In this document: positions 57,016 to 64,000 of the stretch, one piece after another
Layout: each line of letters opens with the position of its first letter
How positions within the stretch are numbered: the stretch's first letter is position 1
From: Patescibacteria group bacterium
GTDB taxonomy: Bacteria > Patescibacteriota > UBA1384 > UBA12157 > JAENIV01
Direction: 5' to 3'
NCBI GenBank assembly: GCA_049515915.1
Contig: JBEKTP010000004.1
Span: 12,709 to 76,708 of the forward strand
DNA: 64,000 nt
The notes under the pieces: generated by a model
The model's database searches: none
The model's input: only the letters and a program-made list of their open reading frames with translations
What the model was told of the DNA's origin: nothing
Translations under genes and position numbers: made by a program

Positions 57016-57022
57016 TTACTTT

Positions 57023-57592
57023 TTATATCTTTCCTTCTAAAATAATTTCGGCGACGTCGTGTTGGCTTTGAATCATTCGACGGCCATCCAAACTAATCTT
57101 TTGCCAACTTCTTGATAATTTTCCTCTGACAAAATCTCGAGCTTTTTTAACATCTTTAATTTCATAAGTAATATAGGCCAAATAAAATAGCGAAGGAATT
57201 GATAAAAAGTGGGCCATCGCATCGGCATCAGCTAAGCATTTCGCCACCGATGTTTTCTTAGGTCGATTTTTTGAGCCGCGGTGGCAGTAGATCGCATCCT
57301 TGATGATTTCGATTTTGTCTCTAGGATATTTTAGTTTATTAAGAATTTCTTCAGCGTACTCTGCCCCTTTGGCTTCGTGGTTATCACCATATTCCTTTGA
57401 GACAAAAGTGGCATAATCATGCAGCCAGGCGGCGATCGAAATCATTTCAAGGTCAGTTTTTCTTTGCCGAGCCAGCTTTTCCGCAATTTCAACCACTTTT
57501 TTGACGTGGACAAAGCCCGTCACGTCAAAAATATTTGATTTTTGTCTGGCTTGTTTTTCTACAATTTTTCTCACCTCATCGACGATACTCAT
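57023..57592 (-). CDS. HD domain protein
   Basis: HVKKV, AAWLHD, H...GA, H, DAD. Confidence 0.9.
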   Translation of the reverse strand: MSIVDEVRKIVEKQARQKSNIFDVTGFVHVKKVVEIAEKLARQRKTDLEMISIAAWLHDYATFVSKEYGDNHEAKGAEYAEEILNKLKYPRDKIEIIKDAIYCHRGSKNRPKKTSVAKCLADADAMAHFLSIPSLFYLAYITYEIKDVKKARDFVRGKLSRSWQKISLDGRRMIQSQHDVAEIILEGKI

Positions 57593-58116
57593 TTGATTAA
57601 CTTCTCCAAAAAATCCAAATCAATTTTTTGAAAATGGTCAAAGCCGGGCAAAACGTGAAGTTTACCCCCGAGTTTTTTCGCATATTTTTGGCCATGCTTT
57701 AACGGCACCGCCATGTCATCGGCTTCATAAACCAAATCAAACTGCGGAGAGTTAGCTTTAATTTTTGGCCAGTCAAAACCGCCAGCAAAGAAATTATCAA
57801 TCGCCCCAAACTTCATTGCGTCATAGGGCGTCGCGACCAAAATCACCTGCTTAATTTTTCCAGGTGCTTTTTCTAAATAGCGTAAAATCGCCACGCCGCC
57901 CAGCGAATGGCCGATTAAAACCCAATTCTCATCCGGTTTAAAACTCTCGATAATCCTCACCCATTCCTCTTTTTTGGGAAAATAATTTCCCGGCAGCTCT
58001 GGAGATTCAACGCGAAAGCCTACCTTCTCAAATCTTTCTCGAGCTTCGGGGAACCAATGTTCTTTAGGCGAGGCATTCCAACCGTGTAAAATTAAAATCT
58101 TACTTAGTTTTTTCAT
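57589..58116 (-). CDS. RBBP9/YdeN-family alpha/beta hydrolase
   Basis: ILHGW, GHSLG, DDMAVP, HF. Confidence 0.9.
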   Translation of the reverse strand: MKKLSKILILHGWNASPKEHWFPEARERFEKVGFRVESPELPGNYFPKKEEWVRIIESFKPDENWVLIGHSLGGVAILRYLEKAPGKIKQVILVATPYDAMKFGAIDNFFAGGFDWPKIKANSPQFDLVYEADDMAVPLKHGQKYAKKLGGKLHVLPGFDHFQKIDLDFLEKLIK

Positions 58117-58372
58117 TTTCTTTCGCCGGTACATTGTCTTCAGCCACCTCCACTTTTTTTACTTTCCAAATAATGAGAAAACTGCCGACGACAAAGAGGA
58201 CCATCGCAAAAGCCCTGAAAATATCGTTCATTACCCCCGAGGATAAACCCGGAATTAACAAAATAAACGCCGCCGTGTAAACCAAAAATCCCAAGCCCGA
58301 TCGGGCTTGCTTGGTGGTAAACGCATAACCGGCGGTGAAGAGCGAGATGATCGCCAAAAATGTTTGATCCAT
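58100..58372 (-). CDS. Small hypothetical membrane protein
   Basis: Three hydrophobic segments, charged tail. Confidence 0.7.
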   Translation of the reverse strand: MDQTFLAIISLFTAGYAFTTKQARSGLGFLVYTAAFILLIPGLSSGVMNDIFRAFAMVLFVVGSFLIIWKVKKVEVAEDNVPAKENEKTK

Positions 58373-58381
58373 TTTTCTCCT

Positions 58382-58987
58382 TTACTTTAATTGGCCAAAA
58401 ATTAACATTTGATTTTGTTCAAGTTGAATATCGCTCACTTTATAATTAGTGTAAAGCGGCGCAAAATTTTGCTCCATCACCGCATTAAACGATTTTTCTA
58501 AGTTCGACTTGAGGATACCCGGGAGGCTAAACTTCCAACTCTTAATTTGAAGAATGCTAAAATAGACTTTATCATTTGACACTTTGGGTAAAATTTTTAT
58601 CGTAATGGGGATTTTGACAAAACTTTGATAATCGGCCGTCACAATTATTTGGGCCGGGTTAATTTGAGCTTGAGGATTTGAAAGGCCCGAATCGACATTT
58701 TGTAAGAGAGCGGTTAAGTCTCCTGAAGTGACGGTGACTTCAAGCGTCGGTTCTTTTTGGGAAAAGTCAATTTGCGAGATGACGTTTTTATTGGAAGAAG
58801 CCGCCGGTAAATTGAGCTTCGAAGTGTTAAAATCCCGAATAACCATAATCAACAAGATGGCCAAAATACCAAAGATTAAAACAAAAAAAATTATCAAAGT
58901 ATAGGAAGTACAACAGCTCTTCTTCTCCGTTTTTTGATCAAGTTCATGATAGAAATCAGCTTCCTCTTTCTTCGGTGCTTCCGGCAA
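58382..58987 (-). CDS. Hypothetical single-TM protein
   Basis: One TM followed by a beta-rich domain. Confidence 0.7.
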   Translation of the reverse strand: MPEAPKKEEADFYHELDQKTEKKSCCTSYTLIIFFVLIFGILAILLIMVIRDFNTSKLNLPAASSNKNVISQIDFSQKEPTLEVTVTSGDLTALLQNVDSGLSNPQAQINPAQIIVTADYQSFVKIPITIKILPKVSNDKVYFSILQIKSWKFSLPGILKSNLEKSFNAVMEQNFAPLYTNYKVSDIQLEQNQMLIFGQLK

Positions 58988-60560
58988 GGGACCTCCCCGT
59001 CAATTTTGATAAGACCACTTTAATCGAGGCGATTTCTTCGCAGTCAAGGATCCAGGTCAAAACCAGAAAAACAGCTGTTCCGACAACGGCGGCCACCGCC
59101 GTTTGAGCCAAGACGCCCCAAACGCGATGAAGATTAAAAGCCTCGCCTAAGATAATTGCTTCCCACATCGCCGCCGTCATCACCGCCGACGCGCCTAAAA
59201 CTTTGCCCGCAAAAATCAATAAAGAACGCTCGTCGATTTTAATTTTCGATCTTAAAATCACATACAAAACAGCCGCGTTGATAAACCCGCCGATGGAATA
59301 AGCCATCGCCAAACCGCTCACCCCCGTTTTCGGCGTCAGTAAGTAGCCGAAGAAAACCGAAACGACGACGGTGATTACCGTCGCCATCATCGGGATTCGG
59401 GTATTATGAAGAGCATAAAAGGCCCGGGCTAAAAGCGGCACGAGACTTGTAAAAACTAAGGCTAAAGCAAAATAACCTAAACAACTGGCCGTGTCCAAAG
59501 TTTGCCCCCAGCCAAAATGACCGGACCCCAAAATGAGCCGGACAATTTGCTCTTTTAAAATATAGACGGCAAAAACAATCGGAATCATAAAAAACAAGAT
59601 TGATCTTAGGCTTTTCATAAAATAGCCGGAAAATTGCTCATGATTATTTTCGGAGGCCTTTCGGGAAAGGGTGGGAAAAATGGCCATCGCGAAAGAAGTG
59701 CCGAAAACAATCATCGGCATGGTTTGAATATTATCGGCCAAATTATAAACCGCCACGGCCGTGCCACTCAAAACCGAGGCAATACTCGTAAAAAAGAGGA
59801 GTAAAATCTGGTTGGCCCCCAGCCCCAGGGCCCGCGGCAGCATCAGTTTGCCAATGCGCCGGACGAAGCTGCTTTTGAGATCAAAAACCTTCTGCCAACG
59901 AAAGCCTAACCGGATAGCGACCGGAATTTGAATCGCCATGTGTAAAAAAGCCCCCGCCACGACCGCCACTGAGACCCCAACCACGCCGTATCTGGCGGTA
60001 AAAAAGAGTGTGCCGGCGATAATCGAAAGATTATAGACTAAGGGAGACAATGAATAAACCGTGAAGCGTTGAAAAGAATTAAGAATGGCCCCGAAAATAT
60101 AGGAAAGCCCAAAGAAAATCGGCGTTAGAAGCATGATCCTCGCGAGTTTTACCGTCAATCCTTGCTGAGCGGCGTTGAAACCGTGGACATAAATCGGCAC
60201 GATGCTGGGCATAAAAAGACCTAAAACCAGACAGGAGAAAACCAGCGAAATAATGGCGATGTTAATGACAGAACTGGCTGTCCGCCAGGCCTCATCATGA
60301 CGTTTATCGGTAATCAGCGCGGAAAAAACGGGAATAAAAGCAGCCGAGATCGCGCCTAAAATTAAAGTATTAAAAATTAAATCAGGAATGCGAAAAGCGG
60401 CGTAGTAGACCGAGAGGGTGTCGGTCGGGATTTTCTGAGTCAAGTAGTGATCGCGAATCATCCCCAAGATATTGGACAAAAAAAGCGTTACGATCAGAAT
60501 GATGGCCGCCGCCGAAAGTGAATTTTTCCCATTAAAAAAAGTGCCTAGAAATTTCCTCAT
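58956..60560 (-). CDS. murJ: Lipid II flippase MurJ
   Basis: LGMIRD, AAFRIPD, AFIPVF, LLARAFYAL.NTRIP. Confidence 0.95.
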   Translation of the reverse strand: MRKFLGTFFNGKNSLSAAAIILIVTLFLSNILGMIRDHYLTQKIPTDTLSVYYAAFRIPDLIFNTLILGAISAAFIPVFSALITDKRHDEAWRTASSVINIAIISLVFSCLVLGLFMPSIVPIYVHGFNAAQQGLTVKLARIMLLTPIFFGLSYIFGAILNSFQRFTVYSLSPLVYNLSIIAGTLFFTARYGVVGVSVAVVAGAFLHMAIQIPVAIRLGFRWQKVFDLKSSFVRRIGKLMLPRALGLGANQILLLFFTSIASVLSGTAVAVYNLADNIQTMPMIVFGTSFAMAIFPTLSRKASENNHEQFSGYFMKSLRSILFFMIPIVFAVYILKEQIVRLILGSGHFGWGQTLDTASCLGYFALALVFTSLVPLLARAFYALHNTRIPMMATVITVVVSVFFGYLLTPKTGVSGLAMAYSIGGFINAAVLYVILRSKIKIDERSLLIFAGKVLGASAVMTAAMWEAIILGEAFNLHRVWGVLAQTAVAAVVGTAVFLVLTWILDCEEIASIKVVLSKLTGRSLAGSTEERGS

Positions 60561-60758
60561 ATGTCCTCAGTTTAAGGTTTTTAGCGGCTAAAAACAAGGT
60601 TTCCCGATAATTCAAAAATTATAGAGCTGTTAAACGACTTTAAGTATTGGGAAACGGTGAAAAGGAAAATGATAGTTTAAAGAATAACCTAGTTGCCAAC
60701 AATAAACGACTGGTTTGTGTGTCTTGTAAAACTCTCGAGCTTGAATCATAATTTAAAT

Positions 60759-61400
60759 ATGTCAAATGATTCTATAAGAAAACCCGTTTATGCTTTTATT
60801 GATGCCTCCAATCTTTTTTATGGCGGCGAAAAGAGTTTAGGCTGGAAAATTGATTATAAAAAACTTTTGAACTATCTTAAGGACAAATATAAAATCAGCA
60901 AAGCTTTTTATTATGGTGGTATTGAAACTTTTGGTTTTGAATATTCGGTTTTGAGTGGAAAACAAATTGATCTTAAAATTTTATTGAAATATTTAAAAAG
61001 TGAAATTAGAAAACCAAAAATTTCTGAAGAAAAAGTTGTCTTAATCGGCAGAAGTATAAAAAGGGTTGAATTCTATTTGCATTTAGATCAATTTGGCTAT
61101 CATTTATATCTTAAGCCGGTGAAAATTTTCAAAGACGAAAACGGTCACCAGAGCAAAAAAGCTAACTGTGATGTGGATATGACCTTCGATATGATGCGCT
61201 ATATGGGACAATATTCTGGATTAATTGCTTTAACTGGAGATGGTGATTTTGCCCCAGTTTTGTACTATCTTAAGAAACATGGCAGAACTATAACAATACT
61301 TGCTCGGGGCGAAAGAACGGCGAAAGAAATCAAGCAATTAGCAGGAAGTGATTTTAGAGATTTTAACTATCTAAGAGAGATTTTAAAATTTGAGAAATAA
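60759..61400 (+). CDS. NYN domain protein (LabA/DUF88 family)
   Basis: FIDASNL, KANCDVDM, TGDGDF. Confidence 0.9.
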   Translation: MSNDSIRKPVYAFIDASNLFYGGEKSLGWKIDYKKLLNYLKDKYKISKAFYYGGIETFGFEYSVLSGKQIDLKILLKYLKSEIRKPKISEEKVVLIGRSIKRVEFYLHLDQFGYHLYLKPVKIFKDENGHQSKKANCDVDMTFDMMRYMGQYSGLIALTGDGDFAPVLYYLKKHGRTITILARGERTAKEIKQLAGSDFRDFNYLREILKFEK

Positions 61401-61615
61401 AAACAAAAGAGGAGACTCATATAGAATCTCCCCCATGTTTAGTACTTATATCTTATCAAATTCATCTTAATTTGTCAAGACTGTCTCTAACAAAAAAACG
61501 GCTACCCATTTGCCGCTTTTTAATTGGATTCTTCCCCTACTGGACACATTCAGAACTCGAGCTTATTATAGAGCGATTATGGATATGTATATCATTATTC
61601 CCGAACTGCCTAGCC

Positions 61616-62608
61616 TTAAATGATATCCTCATCGTCATCGTCGTCGCTTTTGACACCATGACGATGACTCCTTTTATTTTTAATAAACCAAATCAAAAAC
61701 ACAATTAAGGTCACCACAACCGCAATACCGACATAAAGGAGAATTGATAAAGTCGAGGCTGAACCGCTGATTTTCGTCACTAAAAACCCGGAACTGGCCG
61801 GCGTCAGAGCGGACGTGGCGGTCGGGGTCGGCGTGGCATTGACCGCCACACTCGAGGTGCTATTAGAAGTTGCTGAGCTGGTGGTTGACTTAGGGGTGGA
61901 TTGAGTCTTCGTGCTTTGAGTCGTCGTGTTCTGACTTGTCGACACACTGGGCGTGGGGGTCGGAGTCGCGGTTGGGGTAGCCGTCGGCGCCGTGGTGGCA
62001 GTTCCTAAAATCATTGTCCAGCCACTGGCCGAAGTGAGAATATTAATGCCATTCGAATTTAGAACGGCCGCTCCGGCATTACCGTTATGTGGATCAAAAC
62101 TAAAAGATGTTTGGCCGGCTTTTATAACCCTAAATTCCACCACCGCCAGCCGAGCCGTCCCACCGGTGTATGACCCGCCCGTACTACTAAACGTCAAATC
62201 AATTTTTCCCGTCTGCGCGCCCGAGCCGTTCACTTCAACGGTTTTTTGAGTGACCGCCAGATTGTTTAAAGCTGAAGGGGTGATTTGATATAAACCACCG
62301 CTACTTTCGACCTGGACGGCCGTCGGATCATAATTAAGCGAAGCAATTCGAATCTCCTGGATTTGAGATTGAACGTCCGCTCCCAGCTGAACGGCAAAGG
62401 TAAAATCGTCGCCGACAGCGTAGCTTTGACTACCCGAAATAATGCTTAAACTGGCCTGGTTGACATCCGCTTTTGAGCTGATCTGCCCCGTTAAAAGTAA
62501 CGTCAAAAAAGTGGCTATCCCGATCGTGAGAGCGGCGATAATTAAAAAATAAGTGAGTTGAAGTCGCTTGGGTAAGCGTTCCCATTTGCGTTGAAAATGA
62601 TCGGCCAT
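61616..62608 (-). CDS. Cohesin-like domain surface protein with P/T/S-rich linker and two TM anchors
   Basis: N-terminal TM, VGDDF...LNYDPT...VEFRVIKAG, TAPTATPTATPTPTP, C-terminal TM, poly-Asp tail. Confidence 0.7.
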   Translation of the reverse strand: MADHFQRKWERLPKRLQLTYFLIIAALTIGIATFLTLLLTGQISSKADVNQASLSIISGSQSYAVGDDFTFAVQLGADVQSQIQEIRIASLNYDPTAVQVESSGGLYQITPSALNNLAVTQKTVEVNGSGAQTGKIDLTFSSTGGSYTGGTARLAVVEFRVIKAGQTSFSFDPHNGNAGAAVLNSNGINILTSASGWTMILGTATTAPTATPTATPTPTPSVSTSQNTTTQSTKTQSTPKSTTSSATSNSTSSVAVNATPTPTATSALTPASSGFLVTKISGSASTLSILLYVGIAVVVTLIVFLIWFIKNKRSHRHGVKSDDDDDEDII

Positions 62609-62668
62609 CTTCCCTCCTGCTTTTTGAGTGCCCAACCAGAATAAAAACTCCCTTATTAAAATATACTC

Positions 62669-64000
62669 TTACTTGAAAAGCTTATCAAATTCGGGTCCTT
62701 CCACCGTTTCTTCTTTGACCAGCTTGTCGGCCAGTTTTTTTAAGAGCCCTTGGTGTTTTTTTAAAATTTCGGTCGCTTTTTTTTGAGCTTCGGCCAAAAT
62801 TTTCGAGACTTCCTCATCAATTTCACCGGCGATTTTTTCGGAATAATTTCTTTCTTCATGAATTTCGCGCCCTAAAAAAATCATTTCCTCTTTATCGCCC
62901 AAGACGACCGGGCCGAATTTATCCGACATGCCGTAGACTTTAACCATATCGCGCGCCACCCCGGTCGCCCGCCGAAGATCATTTTGGGCGCCGGTCGTGA
63001 CTTGGCCAAAAACTATTTTTTCGCTGACATAACCACCCAAAAGTTGAGTGATATCATCTTTGAATTTCGCCACCGAGTAGAGCTTTCGATCTTCCGTCGG
63101 CAACGACCACGTATAACCTAACGCCATCCCCCGCGAAACGACTGAGACTTTATGAACAGGGTCGCAATCCGGCAAAAGCTTGCCCAAAATGGCATGGCCG
63201 GCTTCATGATAAGCCGAGATTGATTTTTCTTTAACCGACATCAAGTGAGATTTTCTTTCCGGCCCGAGCATGACTTTTTCGATAGCGCCGCTTAAATCTT
63301 CTTGAATAATTTCTTTACGATCACCCCGGGCGGCTAAAATCGCCCCTTCATTCATAATATTTCTTAAATCAGCCCCCGAAAGGCCGGCTGTCTGACGGGC
63401 GATGACTTCAAAATCAATATTCTTGGACAACGGCTTGCCCCGCGAGTGAATTTTTAAAATTGCATCCCGTTCCCGAAGATCAGGCAGATCAATGACAATG
63501 CGGCGGTCAAAGCGGCCGGGACGAAGTAAAGCAGGATCCAAAACATCGGGCCGGTTCGTCGCGGCCGTCACGATCACTTGAGTATCGGTTTCAAAACCGT
63601 CCATCTCCACCAAGATTTGATTAAGAGTTTGCTCGCGCTCATCATGCGAACCCCCTAAGCCCGCCCCGCGCTGGCGGCCAACGGCATCAAGCTCATCGAT
63701 AAAAAGAATCGCCGGTGCATTCCGCTTGGCTTTTTGAAAAAGGTCCCTCACTCTAGCCGCGCCCACGCCAACGAACATTTCGACAAACTCCGAAGCCGAG
63801 ATGGAGAAAAAGGGCACGCCCGCCTCACCCGCCACCGCTCGAGCCAAAAGAGTTTTGCCGGTCCCGGGTGGCCCAACCAGTAAAACACCTTTGGGAATTT
63901 CCGCCCCTAAAGATTTAAACTTGGCCGGGCTACGTAAAAATTCTACCACTTCTTCCAGTTCTTGTTTAGGCTCAACCAAACCGGCGACATCTTTAAAAGT
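62669..64000 (-). CDS. ftsH: ATP-dependent zinc metalloprotease FtsH (5' end outside the window)
   Basis: TFKDVAG at the edge, [26 protein letters not shown]. Confidence 0.98.
   Translation of the reverse strand, partial: TFKDVAGLVEPKQELEEVVEFLRSPAKFKSLGAEIPKGVLLVGPPGTGKTLLARAVAGEAGVPFFSISASEFVEMFVGVGAARVRDLFQKAKRNAPAILFIDELDAVGRQRGAGLGGSHDEREQTLNQILVEMDGFETDTQVIVTAATNRPDVLDPALLRPGRFDRRIVIDLPDLRERDAILKIHSRGKPLSKNIDFEVIARQTAGLSGADLRNIMNEGAILAARGDRKEIIQEDLSGAIEKVMLGPERKSHLMSVKEKSISAYHEAGHAILGKLLPDCDPVHKVSVVSRGMALGYTWSLPTEDRKLYSVAKFKDDITQLLGGYVSEKIVFGQVTTGAQNDLRRATGVARDMVKVYGMSDKFGPVVLGDKEEMIFLGREIHEERNYSEKIAGEIDEEVSKILAEAQKKATEILKKHQGLLKKLADKLVKEETVEGPEFDKLFK

Noticed and set aside
61940-62000. 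Repetitive GTCGG/GGGGT sequence as a DNA repeat array or CRISPR
   Set aside because: It encodes the PT-rich protein linker; there are no constant repeats with unique spacers anywhere in the window.

Overview
Core-genome window of a small-genome bacterium, standard code 11. Gene content suggests Patescibacteria/CPR (inference): short AlaRS, class I LysRS, an FtsA-like/baseplate-J-like pair, and endonuclease-like genes next to tRNAs. Most of the window is housekeeping: secA, hpf, serS, lysS, greA, mreBCD-pbp2, mltG, alaS, rpsA, secG, miaA, recG, a glycan/glycogen cluster, ruvC, yebC, grpE-dnaK-dnaJ, eno, lepA, cca, murJ, ftsH and 9 tRNAs. The main find is a complete diversity-generating retroelement (DGR) at about 3.55-6.38 kb. 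Its 128-bp TR/VR pair differs at 23 positions, all TR adenines. Its RT is split by a (GA)10 tract that one extra repeat unit would put back in frame (candidate phase-variable ON/OFF switch). Its avd is inverted and shares a CATG palindrome with the RT start codon, and the TR appears to be its own structured transcript. Other notable items: a 210-nt group I intron in tRNA-Phe, four tRNAs lacking U55 (two with A18/G55 covariation), two endonuclease-like genes abutting tRNA 5' ends, an MNT-HEPN module between direct repeats, two dead toxins beside intact antitoxins, a solo IS200/IS605-like end, a GpgS-like/degenerate-HAD fusion and a Cys-rich orphan peptide. All alignments and counts were done by eye and no database searches were run.
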